This document shows positions 39,041 through 49,718 of a DNA stretch of 64,000 bases, piece after piece (within the stretch, counting starts at the first letter, position 1; every line of letters starts with the position of its first letter). The position numbers and the translations under genes were made by a program. Origin of the DNA: Candidatus Avelusimicrobium stercoris (GTDB taxonomy: Bacteria > Elusimicrobiota > Elusimicrobia > Elusimicrobiales > Elusimicrobiaceae); assembly GCA_002432025.1 (NCBI GenBank), contig DJFE01000015.1, positions 17,718-81,717 of the forward strand, written 5' to 3'. The notes below the pieces were generated by a model, which ran no database searches, was not told the origin of the DNA, and worked only from the letters and a program-made list of their open reading frames with translations.

Positions 39041-39916
39041 TTATTTTCCTTGTTCGCGCAGGGCTTTTATGTTGATTTGGCGCGTCTTGTCGCCTTTGGC
39101 GTTGCGCGCTTTAATGGGCAAATCCACTACGCTGCCCGCCGGCAAGTGCTGGCGGATGGAGAATTTGCCTTCTTTCAGTTCAATATCTTTTCCATTGATA
39201 GACACAATGGCATTTTTGGAGGCGGAACCGTAAATGATAATTTCGCAGTCGGCATTGAGCCAAATGTCTTCATCCTCAGGCTGTACTTTATCCAAGTGCA
39301 GGGCAAACGAGGACCACGAAGACTTGGCCGCGCCGGAGGGCGTCAGTTCCGTCAGTTTCCAGCGTTGGCCGATGACGTGCATCAGTTCGCTGGCTCCCAA
39401 GCCGATGTAATCCGCGCCGGAGAGTTTTAAGAGTTTTTGGAAATCGCCTTCCACCACCATCCATTTGTCGTCAATAATATCGGACACTTTGCCGGGCGGC
39501 ACAGGTGTAGAATTGCTGCGGGAAACCAAAATAAATTTACCGTCGGCGGTAACGTAGCCCAAATCGGCCAAGTAGGTGCGGCCGGACTGCGGGGCGTTGA
39601 TGTACCAACTGCGCGCCTCAAAAATGACGGGCATATCGTAATATTGAACGGAGTTTTTGCCGTCAAAAAATTCCACCCCGGTAACATCGTGCAAGCGGAT
39701 AACGGTGCGGGCGGCTTTTAAGGTTTCTTCCCCGTATTGGCTTTTAAGATAGTCTAACGTGTTTGGGGTGATTTCCCAAAACAGGAACATCCAAGCCGGG
39801 TCCTTGGGAAGTAAAAAACTTTCCGTTTTGCCGTAGCCGGACGGAATATCCGCTTCGGCGTGTATGTCTTTGGCCAAAGGTTTGACCAAGGCAGACGAAG
39901 ATAAGTTCTGCGTCAT
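39041..39916 (-). CDS. DUF4912 domain protein
   Basis: IPSGYG...LLPKDP.W.FLFWEI, RLHDVT, SWY, DLGY...SRSN; GAGGT RBS before ATG 39916; adjacent to GH57. Confidence 0.8.
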   Translation of the reverse strand: MTQNLSSSALVKPLAKDIHAEADIPSGYGKTESFLLPKDPAWMFLFWEITPNTLDYLKSQYGEETLKAARTVIRLHDVTGVEFFDGKNSVQYYDMPVIFEARSWYINAPQSGRTYLADLGYVTADGKFILVSRSNSTPVPPGKVSDIIDDKWMVVEGDFQKLLKLSGADYIGLGASELMHVIGQRWKLTELTPSGAAKSSWSSFALHLDKVQPEDEDIWLNADCEIIIYGSASKNAIVSINGKDIELKEGKFSIRQHLPAGSVVDLPIKARNAKGDKTRQINIKALREQGK

Positions 39917-40036
39917 AATAAATACCTCACCCTGATTATTTGTAGAGATTTTCTCCCCCATTTTATTGTAGCATTTATCAATAGAAAAAGGGGCTTTTAT
40001 AAAAGTTTTTGCTACAATAGCAACAGAGGGATTTTT

Positions 40037-40306
40037 ATGAATAAAAAAGGGATGGGATTAATCGGTTTACTCTTGGCGGTGGTTATCGTAGCCGTGCTGA
40101 CGGCGGCGGTGCTTAAACAGTATGCCCGCCAAACGCAAAAGGTATTAAACACACCCGGTTTGCAAAGCGTACAGCCCGCTAAAAACCAAAAAGGCCAAGC
40201 CGCGGCCAATGCGCCTAAATGCAACGGGCGGCTTGTTGGCAATATTTGCGTGCCGACCGAGGTGCGCAGTTCAAGTTTAGACGCTTTTAATGAAATGAAT
40301 AAATAA
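40037..40306 (+). CDS. Small prepilin-like (class III signal) protein
   Basis: MNKKG|MGLIGLLLAVVIVAVL, C-terminal Cys pair, own RBS and terminator. Confidence 0.6.
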   Translation: MNKKGMGLIGLLLAVVIVAVLTAAVLKQYARQTQKVLNTPGLQSVQPAKNQKGQAAANAPKCNGRLVGNICVPTEVRSSSLDAFNEMNK

Positions 40307-40339
40307 AAAAGCCGCCGGTTTATAGCCGGCGGCTTTTTT
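40305..40339. terminator. Bidirectional terminator
   Basis: aaaaaagccgccgg...ccggcggctttttt between convergent genes. Confidence 0.8.
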
Positions 40340-40349
40340 ACACTAAAAC

Positions 40350-41252
40350 TTATTTGGCTTCGGGTTCTACTTTCTTTTGGATTAAAATCAAACTGACAAA
40401 AATCAAGCACAGCCCGCCGATTTCCGCCCCCGAGGGCATACGGCCGAAGGCAATCATATCGCTGGCCATTGCCACTACCGGGGTGAAATACGTTACCGAG
40501 GCCATACGTGTAGCCCCCCAGCGTTTAATCAAGGCGACCATTAACAGGAACGCCACGGCGGAGGAAAACACGCCCGCGCTGATAATGGATAAAACCACTT
40601 TTGGCGTAAAGGCCGAGGCCGGGGGAACGGGTTCCACAAAAAAGCATACGATTAACAGCACCACCGCTGCAAAGAGATACTGGTGGAAGGTGTTGGCTTC
40701 CATTGTCATTGCGTTGCTGTCCACCATAATTTTTTTGGTGAGTACATTACCTAAACTGTACGACCAAGCCATAATCAAAAAGGCGATGCAGCCATAAAGA
40801 GCCAAGGGGCTTGCATCCAACTGCGCGGCGGCAATCATCGGGCGCATAATAACGAGTAATCCCAGCATCCCAATCGTAACGCCGATGGCTCTGCGCCAGG
40901 TAAAGCGGTCTTCGCCTTTTAACAAAATAGCCCCGGCGATAAAGGACCATATCGGCACCGTACCGTTAAAAATACCGCCAATCGTCGGCGCGACGAAGCG
41001 CTGGCCCCAAGAGATAGCCGCAAACGGCAGTAAAATAAGCAGCAGCCCAATCGTCCACGGGCGCCACAGTTGCTTAATAGGACATTTCAAATTCTTGCGC
41101 TGTATGACGTACAGCACGATGAAAAACAACAACCCCGCCAATACCCGGAAGAAGGTTCCCCAGTAGGGCGGCAATACTTCTACAAAGTTTTTAGTCGCTA
41201 AAAAAGCGGTGCCCCAACACAGGGCCAAACACAACGCCAATACATAACTCAT
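40350..41252 (-). CDS. DMT/EamA family transporter
   Basis: About 10 TMs, WG.AF, two EamA repeats, 'GATRMASVTYFTPV'. Confidence 0.9.
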   Translation of the reverse strand: MSYVLALCLALCWGTAFLATKNFVEVLPPYWGTFFRVLAGLLFFIVLYVIQRKNLKCPIKQLWRPWTIGLLLILLPFAAISWGQRFVAPTIGGIFNGTVPIWSFIAGAILLKGEDRFTWRRAIGVTIGMLGLLVIMRPMIAAAQLDASPLALYGCIAFLIMAWSYSLGNVLTKKIMVDSNAMTMEANTFHQYLFAAVVLLIVCFFVEPVPPASAFTPKVVLSIISAGVFSSAVAFLLMVALIKRWGATRMASVTYFTPVVAMASDMIAFGRMPSGAEIGGLCLIFVSLILIQKKVEPEAK

Positions 41253-41346
41253 AAGATACTCCTCCTTTTTTACATTATAGTAAATTCCGGCGCGCCGTCC
41301 GCCTTTGTGCGGGAATTCGTATAATATATGTATATAGGAAAGTAAG

Positions 41347-42234
41347 ATGAAAAAACTTGGAATAATCGTTTTGTTTGTACTGGTGGTGGCCGGGCTGTGC
41401 TTTTGGCTGCCGAAACCTGCGGATAAAAAATCCGACGGGAAACTTGCGGTGGTAACGTCCGGCTATGTGGCCTATACGCTCACACGGCAATTGGCGGAGG
41501 ACTTGGCGGATATTTCTATGCTGCTGCCCCCTAATGCGGAGCCGCACTCCTTTGAGCCTACGCCCGGTGCGCTGGTGGCGGTGCGTCAGGCAGATGTGTT
41601 TGTGTATATTTCGGATACTTTTGAACCGTGGGCCAAAGACATTGCCGCCGGGGCCGGAAAAAATACCCAAGTGGTAAAGGCCGCCGCCGCTTTGCCCGCA
41701 AGTGCGGACCCGCATATTTGGATGGATTTTGACAATGTACGCGTAATGGCGCAAACAATAGAAGGCGCACTCGCCGCGCAGTTGCCGGAACAGGCGGAAA
41801 CCTTGGCGCAAAATTTAGCCAAGTTTAACGAACAATTAATTGCTTTGGACGAATCTTATAAAAAGGGGTTGTCCGCTTGCCAAGGGCGCGAGGTGGTGCA
41901 TATCGGGCACTTGGCCTTTGAACGGCTTGCTAAAAAATATGGCCTTACTTTAACCGCCTTGGCGGGCACGTCGCACGACGGGGAGCACTCGGTGCGAAGG
42001 CTGGCGGGTGTGGTGGATTTGATTAAAAAACACCATATTGAAACCATTTTTACCGAGGAAACGCTCTCCCCGCGCTTGGCGCAAACCGTGGCCGGGGAAA
42101 CGGGCGCGCAGATTTTGCCGCTCTACACGGTGGAAAGTATATCCAAGCAGGATTTTGATAATCATATTACTTATATTGATTTTATGAAACGCAATTTGGA
42201 AAATTTGCAAAGGGGGCTTAAATGCCAAGCGTGA
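41347..42234 (+). CDS. znuA: Zn/Mn ABC transporter substrate-binding protein
   Basis: EPHSFEP, DPHIWMD, H.AF..LA..YGL. Confidence 0.85.
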   Translation: MKKLGIIVLFVLVVAGLCFWLPKPADKKSDGKLAVVTSGYVAYTLTRQLAEDLADISMLLPPNAEPHSFEPTPGALVAVRQADVFVYISDTFEPWAKDIAAGAGKNTQVVKAAAALPASADPHIWMDFDNVRVMAQTIEGALAAQLPEQAETLAQNLAKFNEQLIALDESYKKGLSACQGREVVHIGHLAFERLAKKYGLTLTALAGTSHDGEHSVRRLAGVVDLIKKHHIETIFTEETLSPRLAQTVAGETGAQILPLYTVESISKQDFDNHITYIDFMKRNLENLQRGLKCQA

Positions 42235-43010
42235 TAGAAGCCAAGGATTTACGCTTTGCGTATGTGCGTGTGCCAGTGCTGGACAAGGTGTCCTTTACCA
42301 TTAACGCGGGGGATTATGTGGGGCTGATTGGTCCTAACGGCGGGGGGAAAACTACGCTGCTCAAACTTTTGCTCGGGCTTGAAAAGGGCGAGGGCAATAT
42401 AAAACTCTTCGGTACGCCGATTAATGCGTTTAAGGATTGGCATAAAATTGGCTATTTGGCGCAAAAAAGCCCCGTGGCGCAGAGCCGTTTTCCGATTTCA
42501 GCCGAAGAAGTAGTGCTAATGGGTCTGTCCAACCACCGCGGCAGCGGTGTGTCCGTCGGCGAATTAAAGGAAGTCTATACCGCTATGCAAAAAACGCACA
42601 CGCGCGAATATGCCGGGCGGATTTTCGGCGATTTGTCTATCGGCCAGCAACAGCGCGTTTTGCTGGCTCGGGCGCTAGTAAGCAACCCGGAACTGCTGAT
42701 TTTGGACGAGCCGTCCACCGCCTTGGACGCTTCGTCCCGCGAGAAATTTTTTGATTTGCTGGGCGAATTAAACGGCAAGCACGGTGTAACCATTTTGCTG
42801 ATTACGCACGATACGGGCGAAGTGGGCAAATATATTTCCAAATTTATGTATGTGGATAAAACCTTGGTGTTTTACGGTACCAAAGAGGAGTTCTGCCACT
42901 CCCGCGCGGTGGCCGAAAAGATTGGCCCCTTTGCCCAGCACACCATAGACCACTTGCACAACCACGGGCATTGCCCGCTGGGGTGCGCGTGCGGGGAGGA
43001 TAAAAAATGA
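42222..43010 (+). CDS. znuC: Zn/Mn ABC transporter ATP-binding protein
   Basis: GPNGGGKT, LSIGQQQR, LDEP, His/Cys-rich tail. Confidence 0.85.
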   Translation: MPSVIEAKDLRFAYVRVPVLDKVSFTINAGDYVGLIGPNGGGKTTLLKLLLGLEKGEGNIKLFGTPINAFKDWHKIGYLAQKSPVAQSRFPISAEEVVLMGLSNHRGSGVSVGELKEVYTAMQKTHTREYAGRIFGDLSIGQQQRVLLARALVSNPELLILDEPSTALDASSREKFFDLLGELNGKHGVTILLITHDTGEVGKYISKFMYVDKTLVFYGTKEEFCHSRAVAEKIGPFAQHTIDHLHNHGHCPLGCACGEDKK

Positions 43011-43825
43011 TGAGCGGATTTTTAACCTATGGGTTTGTTCAGCGCGGCTTGTTGGCGGGCAGTTTGGTGGCGGCGGCTTGCGCGCTTATCGGCGTATTTT
43101 TGGTGTTAAAACGCTTGTCTTTAATCGGCGACGGAATGAGCCACGTTTGCTTGACGGGCGTGGCTGTGGCTCTGCTGACCGCCACAAATCCGGTGTATAT
43201 GTCGGTGCCGGTGGTGGTGCTGTCGTCCTTGGGGATTATGAAGATTACCCAAAAATTTAAGATTTACGGCGATGCGGCTATCGGCATTGTCAGCGCGGCG
43301 GGGCTGTCCGTCGGTTTGTTGATTACGGCCCTTGCGGGCGGGTTTAATACCGATTTATTGGGCTATTTGTTTGGCAGTATTTTAACGGTATCTTGGGATG
43401 AAGCCCTTTTATGCGGGCTTTTGCTGGCTGTTGTGCTGTGCGGACTAAGGTTTTTTTACCGCGATTTGACTTCCGCCTGCTTTGACGAACCCTTCGCCCG
43501 CACGCGTGGCGTTCCCGTGCGGCTTATCAATACGGCCTTGGTGGTGATTACCTCGGTGGCGGTGGTATTGGCCTTTAAGGTGGTGGGCATTTTCCTCATT
43601 TCGGCTATGCTGATTATTCCGCCCGTGTCCGCCTTGCTGATTTCCCATACCTTTAAACAGGTGTTATGGTGTGCGGCCTGCTTTGGCGTTGCGAGCGTGT
43701 GGACGGGGGTGTATTTATCCTTTTTATTTAATATTCCCTCTGGGGCTACGATTATTTTGGTAAACTTGCTGATTTTGGCGGGTTGTTATATTTATGCCAA
43801 AACGGGGGTAAGCGATGCCCGCTAA
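43007..43825 (+). CDS. znuB: Zn/Mn ABC transporter permease
   Basis: G.F.VL.R.SLIGDGMSH, YLFGSIL, PSG.TI. Confidence 0.85.
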   Translation: MMSGFLTYGFVQRGLLAGSLVAAACALIGVFLVLKRLSLIGDGMSHVCLTGVAVALLTATNPVYMSVPVVVLSSLGIMKITQKFKIYGDAAIGIVSAAGLSVGLLITALAGGFNTDLLGYLFGSILTVSWDEALLCGLLLAVVLCGLRFFYRDLTSACFDEPFARTRGVPVRLINTALVVITSVAVVLAFKVVGIFLISAMLIIPPVSALLISHTFKQVLWCAACFGVASVWTGVYLSFLFNIPSGATIILVNLLILAGCYIYAKTGVSDAR

Positions 43826-44462
43826 AAAAACGGACGTGGCGGCGCTGCTGGCGGCCCTTAAAAAGTTGTACCCCGAGCACGTTATCCCGCTTCATCACGG
43901 CAACGCGTGGCAGTTGCTTTGCGCGGTTATTTTGTCGGCCCAATGCACGGATGCACGGGTGAACCAAATCACACCGCATTTGTTTAAAAAATATCCAACC
44001 GTACGGGACTTGGCCGCGGCGGACTTAAAAGAGGTGGAAGAAATTATCCACTCCGCCGGGTTTTACCACAGCAAGGCCTTGTCTTTAATTGAAAGTTCCA
44101 AACGCATTTGCGAAGTTTTTGGCGGAGAAGTGCCTCAAAATATGGACGATTTGCTTTCCTTGCGCGGAGTGGCGCGCAAAACGGCCAACGTAATGTTAGG
44201 CGATTACTTTAAAAAGCCCGCGGGAATAGTGGTGGATACGCACGTTAAACGCTTGGCTTTCCGCTTGGGGCTTACCAAGCAGACGGACCCCGTAAAGGTG
44301 GAAAAAGATTTAACCAAAATTATTCCGTATGAATATTGGGGGTGGCTGGCGATTGCGCTTATTCTGCACGGCCGCCAAGTGTGCAACGCCCGCAAACCGC
44401 TTTGCTCCCAGTGCGCCTTGGCGCACTTATGCCCCCAAAAAGGAGTAAAAATTTCCGTATGA
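43815..44462 (+). CDS. nth: Endonuclease III
   Basis: ILSAQCTD, HhH LRGVARKTAN, VDTHV, CNARKPLCSQC...C Fe-S cluster. Confidence 0.96.
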   Translation: MPAKKTDVAALLAALKKLYPEHVIPLHHGNAWQLLCAVILSAQCTDARVNQITPHLFKKYPTVRDLAAADLKEVEEIIHSAGFYHSKALSLIESSKRICEVFGGEVPQNMDDLLSLRGVARKTANVMLGDYFKKPAGIVVDTHVKRLAFRLGLTKQTDPVKVEKDLTKIIPYEYWGWLAIALILHGRQVCNARKPLCSQCALAHLCPQKGVKISV

Positions 44463-45529
44463 CGTTTAGAGAGTGGAACAACCGTAAGAATAATTATCTG
44501 AGGGAGCAAAAGGGTAAATGGGCGGCTAAATTATTGGGCTGTGCTCCTCGTTCTGACGCATATCACCCGCAAAAGGTGCATAAAATTTTGCTCTTGCGCA
44601 ACGATAATAAATTGGGCGATGCGTTGGTGTCGTCCGTTTTGTTGCGCGGGCTGAAAGTGTTGTTCCCAACGGCTGATATAGATGTAGTGGCGGGTAAAAG
44701 CAACGCGCTTATCTTGCGGAATAATCCGGCGGTATCTACCCTTTATTTTGCGACGGAACGATTCGTCTCGCTAATGTCGTGCGGGCTAAAATTGCGGGGC
44801 AAGCAATACGATTTGTATTTGGATTTGGACGAAAAACCGACGCTTGCTTCACTTACCTTTTTAAAATTTTTACAACCGCGCTGGGCCTTTGGCTTTAACC
44901 GGAAAAAGTATCCGCTTTATAACCTGATGCAACCCTTGGATTTGTCTTCCTGCCATATTACGGCGCGGTATGAGGCGTGTTTGCGCTATTTGGGTTATCA
45001 GGGCGGGTTGGATACGTCGTATGAAATTCAGGTGCCGGAAACGGCGAAAGCGGCGGCACAACGATTTTTATCTACCTTGCGGGGGGGGGGGCGCCTGATT
45101 GTAGTAAATCCGCTGGCGGCCAGCCGCCACCGCTCTTTTTCAGCGGAGCAGATTTTTGGCTTGGCCGCAGCTTTCCCAAAGGATACTTTTGTTTTACTTG
45201 GGCAAGAGCCTAAACTAAGAAAATGGTTAAACGGGCGTGCGCTTTTACCCCGTATGCTTGTCTTTACGGCGGGTGTTTTTGAGGCTGCTGCACTGGCCCA
45301 ACAGGCAAGCGTGCTTCTTACGCCCGATACCTTTTGGGTGCATTTGGCTTGCGCTCTGCATATTCCAACGGTGGCCGTTTACCGGGGAAAAGAAGAGTTC
45401 CCCTATAAAGGCAATATTGCCATTTGGCGGCCCTTGGAGGCTTCCGTAAAAATGGTGCTATGCGAGAGTGAACAGCACGAAATGCCCGTGCCGTTGCTTG
45501 TACAGGCATTGCAAGAGAAATTAAAATAA
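44459..45529 (+). CDS. Glycosyltransferase family 9 (LPS heptosyltransferase-like)
   Basis: ILLLR...LGD, YDL..DL, TPDT...HLA.AL..PTV; start ATG 44459 overlaps the nth stop. Confidence 0.85.
   Translation: MTFREWNNRKNNYLREQKGKWAAKLLGCAPRSDAYHPQKVHKILLLRNDNKLGDALVSSVLLRGLKVLFPTADIDVVAGKSNALILRNNPAVSTLYFATERFVSLMSCGLKLRGKQYDLYLDLDEKPTLASLTFLKFLQPRWAFGFNRKKYPLYNLMQPLDLSSCHITARYEACLRYLGYQGGLDTSYEIQVPETAKAAAQRFLSTLRGGGRLIVVNPLAASRHRSFSAEQIFGLAAAFPKDTFVLLGQEPKLRKWLNGRALLPRMLVFTAGVFEAAALAQQASVLLTPDTFWVHLACALHIPTVAVYRGKEEFPYKGNIAIWRPLEASVKMVLCESEQHEMPVPLLVQALQEKLK
45081..45091 (+). repeat. G11 homopolymer tract in GT9 coding sequence
   Basis: 11 consecutive G, read in frame as R-G-G-G. Confidence 0.9.
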
Positions 45530-45544
45530 TTTGTCGCCCATAAT

Positions 45545-45577
45545 AAAAAAGCCCCGGGTTTGCGCCCGGGGCCTTTT
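45545..45577. terminator. Bidirectional terminator
   Basis: aaaaaagccccggg...cccggggcctttt. Confidence 0.75.
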
Positions 45578-45593
45578 CTGTGTGCCTGAAAAC

Positions 45594-46760
45594 TTATTTG
45601 CCCAGCAACGCCAGGAGCACGCCTGCCGCTACCGCACTGCCGATTACGCCAGCCACGTTCGGGCCCATTGCGTGCATCAGCAGGTAGTTGGTTTTATCGT
45701 ATTCCAAACCGACTTTATTGGAAACGCGGGCCGCCATCGGCACGGCAGAAACGCCGGCGGAACCGATAAGCGGGTTGATTTTGGTTTTGCTGAAACAGTT
45801 CATCAGTTTCGCCAACAATACGCCCGAAGCCGTGGCTACGGAGAAGGCGATAATACCCAACACCAAAATACCCAAGGTTTCCGTGGTCAGGAATTTATCC
45901 GATTGCAGTTTGGAGCCTACGGACAAGCCCAGCAAAATGGTAACGATATTGCAAAATTCGTTTTGCAGGGTCTTGGATAAGCGTTCCGCTACGCCGGATT
46001 CCTTTACCAAGTTGCCGAAGGTCAACGCGCCGATAAGCGGAGCGGCCGAGGGCAGCAACAGCGCGCACATCAAAAGAATTACGAGCGGGAACAGGATTTT
46101 TTCCCGTTTGGATACCGGGCGCAACTGTTCCATACGGATCGTGCGTTCTTCCTTGGTGGTGAGCAGTTTCATAATGGGTGGCTGGATAATCGGTACTAAC
46201 GCCATATACGAATACGCCGCCACGGCAATAGCACCCAGCAAATCGGGCGCCAAGCGCGTGGTAAGGTAAATGGACGTCGGGCCGTCCGCCCCGCCGATAA
46301 TACCGATAGAAGCCGCTTCTTTAAGGCCAAAGGCGAAGAGTTGGCTATCACCAATGTGGATGTAACTTAACGCCACCGCGCCGATAAGCGTGGCGAAGAT
46401 ACCAAACTGCGCCGCGCCACCCAAGAGGGCCATTTTCGGGTTAGCAATTAACGGGCCGAAGTCCGTCATTGCGCCTACCGCCATAAAGATAAACAGCGGG
46501 AAGAGCCCGGAATTAATACCGAAGTTGAACACAATACCCAAGAACCCGGCCGGCCCGGCGATGGCTTCGCCGGGGGGCATAGGAATATTGGCCAACAGAC
46601 CGCCGAAGGCAATCGGGACGAGCAAAAGCGGTTCAAACTGCTTTTTAATCCCCAGCCACAGCAGGAAGCAGCAGACGGCAATCATCGTCAGTTGCTGCCA
46701 GGAGATAGCGTAAATCCCCGTGGTTTGCCAGATTTGGTTTAATGCTTGCAAGATATCCAT
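45594..46760 (-). CDS. oadB: Na+-translocating decarboxylase beta subunit
   Basis: [41 protein letters not shown]. Confidence 0.94.
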   Translation of the reverse strand: MDILQALNQIWQTTGIYAISWQQLTMIAVCCFLLWLGIKKQFEPLLLVPIAFGGLLANIPMPPGEAIAGPAGFLGIVFNFGINSGLFPLFIFMAVGAMTDFGPLIANPKMALLGGAAQFGIFATLIGAVALSYIHIGDSQLFAFGLKEAASIGIIGGADGPTSIYLTTRLAPDLLGAIAVAAYSYMALVPIIQPPIMKLLTTKEERTIRMEQLRPVSKREKILFPLVILLMCALLLPSAAPLIGALTFGNLVKESGVAERLSKTLQNEFCNIVTILLGLSVGSKLQSDKFLTTETLGILVLGIIAFSVATASGVLLAKLMNCFSKTKINPLIGSAGVSAVPMAARVSNKVGLEYDKTNYLLMHAMGPNVAGVIGSAVAAGVLLALLGK

Positions 46761-46771
46761 AGGGTAGCCTC

Positions 46772-48565
46772 TTATTTAATATCGGCCAATTTGTGGCCGG
46801 TCTGCACCTGGTCGCCTTGTTTTACAGCCAAGTGGATGACGCCGGAGGCCGGAGCGGAAACCGGGGTTTCCATCTTCATTGCTTCCAGCACCAAGATTTC
46901 TTGGCCTTCGCTCACGCGGTCGCCGTCTTTTACGGACAAGCGCAATACCGCGCCCGGAAGCGGAGATTTCACTTCCGCGCCAGCGCCGGTGGAAGCGGCT
47001 TTTTCGGGAGCCTTGGCGTCCGAGGCGGCGGTGGATACCGCATAGCGTTTGCCGTTTACTACGGCGTCGTTGCCGTCAAAGACAACTTCATAGGCTTGAC
47101 CGTTTACGGTTACCTTTACCGCACCGTTTTCTTTGGCGGCGGCGGGTTTTACATCTTTGGCCCAGCGGATACCGTTCACTTTGGCTTCGCCCTTCAAATA
47201 CATAATGCCTTTGTCGGCGCAGGTGGCTACGATAAAGACGTTTTCTTCCGTAACGGGCAAGCCCGCTTCTCTCAGTTTGGCTTCCGCCACCTTTAACCCT
47301 TTCTTGGGGTCCGCGTCGTTGATTTCAAGCGGCGTTTTGGTGGTGGGTTGCAAGCCCAACTGTTCGCTGGCTTCCTTTACTACGGCCGGATCGGGTTCTA
47401 CCGGGGTTTTGCCGAAGTAGCCCAAAACCATTTTGCCGTAGCCGGGGGTAATCTTCTTCCAGGGGCCGAACATTACATTGCTGTAAGCCTGTTGGAAATA
47501 GAACTGGGAAACGGGGGTAACGGACGTACCGAAACCGCCCAATTTTACGCATTCGCCCATCGCTTTTACCACTTCGGGGAATTTGTCAAAGGTGCCGTTG
47601 TCGCGCATCATTTGGGTATTGGCCGTCAATGCACCACCGGGCAGCGGGGAGAACGGAATAATTGGGTTGACCTTGGTGGCTTCGGGCGGCAAGAAGTATT
47701 TGCTCATACAATCTTGGAACACATTTTCGGCCTCGCGGATTTTTTGCGGGTCAATGTCCAAGGTGTAATCGGTGCCGCGCAAGGCGTGCCACATCGTCAA
47801 AATATCGGGCTGGCAGGTGCCGCCGGAGACGGGCTGCATAGAGAGGTCCAACTGGTCCGCACCCGCGTGGATGGCTTCCAAGCAGCAGGCAATGGCGTTG
47901 CCCGCCGTTTCGTGCGTGTGGAACGCAATTTTGGTGCCTTGGGGCAGGAGTTTGCGGGCCATGGCAATCGTTTTGCCGACGGTCGCCGGGGTGGACGTGC
48001 CGGAAGCGTCTTTAAAGCAGACGGAGTCAAACGGAACGCCGGAATCCAAAATTTGGCGGAGGATTTTTTCGTAAAATTCTTCGGTGTGGATTTTACCCGT
48101 GTGGTCCCAGCCCGGAGCCAAGGACATCATCGTTACGGTAACTTCGTGTTTAAGGCCCGCGTTGTGGATGCATTTACCGGAATAAATGAGGTTGTTTACA
48201 TCGTTTAACGCATCAAAGTTGCGGATAGTGGTGGTTCCGTGTTTTTTGAACAATTTGGCGTGAGCGTTAATCACGTCGGAGGATTGGCTTTCCAAACCTA
48301 CTACGTTTACGCCGCGGGCGAGGGTTTGCAGGTTGGCGTCCGGCCCGGCTACTTTGCGGAAGGAGTCCATCATATCAAAGGCGTTTTCGTTGCAATAAAA
48401 GAACAACGCCTGAAAGCGCGCCCCGCCGCCGAATTCCATATGGTTAATGCCGGCGTGCTTGGCGGCTTCCACCGCGGGCAAGAAGTCCTTGGTCAGTACG
48501 CGCGCCCCATAGACGGACTGAAAGCCGTCGCGGAACGCGGTGAGCATAAAGTTTACTTTTTTCAT
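46772..48565 (-). CDS. oadA: Oxaloacetate decarboxylase alpha subunit (carboxyltransferase + biotin carrier)
   Basis: RDGFQS, GGARF, FKDASG, HTH, PGG, VTPVSQ, EAMKME biotinylation motif. Confidence 0.9.
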   Translation of the reverse strand: MKKVNFMLTAFRDGFQSVYGARVLTKDFLPAVEAAKHAGINHMEFGGGARFQALFFYCNENAFDMMDSFRKVAGPDANLQTLARGVNVVGLESQSSDVINAHAKLFKKHGTTTIRNFDALNDVNNLIYSGKCIHNAGLKHEVTVTMMSLAPGWDHTGKIHTEEFYEKILRQILDSGVPFDSVCFKDASGTSTPATVGKTIAMARKLLPQGTKIAFHTHETAGNAIACCLEAIHAGADQLDLSMQPVSGGTCQPDILTMWHALRGTDYTLDIDPQKIREAENVFQDCMSKYFLPPEATKVNPIIPFSPLPGGALTANTQMMRDNGTFDKFPEVVKAMGECVKLGGFGTSVTPVSQFYFQQAYSNVMFGPWKKITPGYGKMVLGYFGKTPVEPDPAVVKEASEQLGLQPTTKTPLEINDADPKKGLKVAEAKLREAGLPVTEENVFIVATCADKGIMYLKGEAKVNGIRWAKDVKPAAAKENGAVKVTVNGQAYEVVFDGNDAVVNGKRYAVSTAASDAKAPEKAASTGAGAEVKSPLPGAVLRLSVKDGDRVSEGQEILVLEAMKMETPVSAPASGVIHLAVKQGDQVQTGHKLADIK

Positions 48566-48580
48566 AATAAGTCCCCTAAA

Positions 48581-48799
48581 TTATTTAGTTTGAAATCTCT
48601 TTGCGGCGGCAATGGCCACAGCGATTAAAACATTATCGGCCGCAGTGGCTGCGGTTTGCGGAAAATACTTTTCCATTTTTTGCACCAACCAGCCCAGCAT
48701 TTTAACAATGCCGACCAGCAGGGTGAGAAACACAAATACAATCAACATACCAATTACGGTAATATTGACGGATTGCATTAACAAACTATCTGCACTCAT
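48581..48799 (-). CDS. oadG: Decarboxylase gamma subunit
   Basis: GM.IVF.FL.LL and AVAIAAA; position upstream of oadA. Confidence 0.85.
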   Translation of the reverse strand: MSADSLLMQSVNITVIGMLIVFVFLTLLVGIVKMLGWLVQKMEKYFPQTAATAADNVLIAVAIAAAKRFQTK

Positions 48800-49500
48800 A
48801 CAATAAGGTCTCCTATATATATTTCTTCCGGGCCTTGGGCGGTGTTTAAAAGGAGCGTTCCGCGGGGGGACACATCTTTTACCGTTCCGCTGACGGGCGC
48901 TGCGCCGTTTTTAACGGATATTTGTTTACCAATGTACGGAAATCGTTCTTCGTAGGCTTGGCGGATTACGGCAAAGCCTCTTTGCGCTACGTCGGGGTAA
49001 TCCCGCCAAAAAAGCGTTAATACTTTTTGTAAAAAATCTTGTTTGGTAATGTTTATGCCGAGTTCCTTTAAGGAAATGGCGGGCTGGCCGACGTGCGCTA
49101 AATTTTCCTGCGCGATGTTTACCCCTACGCCGATAACCACCCCCGAAATGCCCGAAGCGGTTACCACGGCTTCACTTAAAATGCCGCAGAGTTTTTTCCC
49201 TTCGGCTAGGACGTCGTTGGGCCATTTGAGCCACGCCTTGGCTCCCAGTTGTTCTGCGGCGGTGCAAACGCATACCGCCATTAGTTGTGTAAAATTAGGT
49301 AAAAAATCGGTTTTTTGAGGTTTTACCAATACGGAGAAATACAGCCCGCCGTCTTGGGAAATCCATTTGCGGTCAAAGCGGCCCCGCCCGGCGGTTTGCC
49401 TGTCGGCGCAAACGACGGTTCCGTCCGCCAGTTGCGGGCAATTATTTTTTAAATAGGTATTGGTGGAATCAATTTCGTCAAAATGGATAATTTGCGCCAT
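48796..49500 (-). CDS. birA: Biotin--protein ligase (no HTH)
   Basis: IDSTN, QTAGRGR..R.W, KWPND, KLCGIL, GVGVN; start ATG 49500. Confidence 0.92.
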   Translation of the reverse strand: MAQIIHFDEIDSTNTYLKNNCPQLADGTVVCADRQTAGRGRFDRKWISQDGGLYFSVLVKPQKTDFLPNFTQLMAVCVCTAAEQLGAKAWLKWPNDVLAEGKKLCGILSEAVVTASGISGVVIGVGVNIAQENLAHVGQPAISLKELGINITKQDFLQKVLTLFWRDYPDVAQRGFAVIRQAYEERFPYIGKQISVKNGAAPVSGTVKDVSPRGTLLLNTAQGPEEIYIGDLIV

Positions 49501-49587
49501 ACCTAATTGTAACAAATTTACGAGGGGAAAAGCGGGACGGAAGTTTATAATTTGTAGAGCACCAATCCAAGATAATCTTTTATGAAT

Positions 49588-49669
49588 AACGACAGATCCC
49601 CGACAGAAACACTCGGGGATGACGACTTTTTCAAATAGGGGGCATTCTGAAACAAGTTCACTATGACGG
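49588..49669 (-). repeat. Palindromic repeats upstream of the pilin
   Basis: 39-nt family copy at 49588-49626; attctgaaacaagttca at 49644-49660 is identical to 14682-14698. Confidence 0.8.
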
Positions 49670-49718
49670 AAAAAATGCCGTTTTTGTTGTTGCTTTTCCG
49701 TCGTTTATTTTAAAGGGG

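Noticed and set aside
37414..39916. GH57-DUF4912 pair as a novel system
   Set aside because: To my knowledge this pairing recurs in other bacteria and fits alpha-glucan (glycogen) metabolism; nothing further unusual was seen here.
41314..41341. dif-like site (aattcgtataa-tatatg-tatataggaaa)
   Set aside because: The left arm resembles a XerC arm, but the right arm does not match TTATGTTAAAT; more simply the znuA -10 region.
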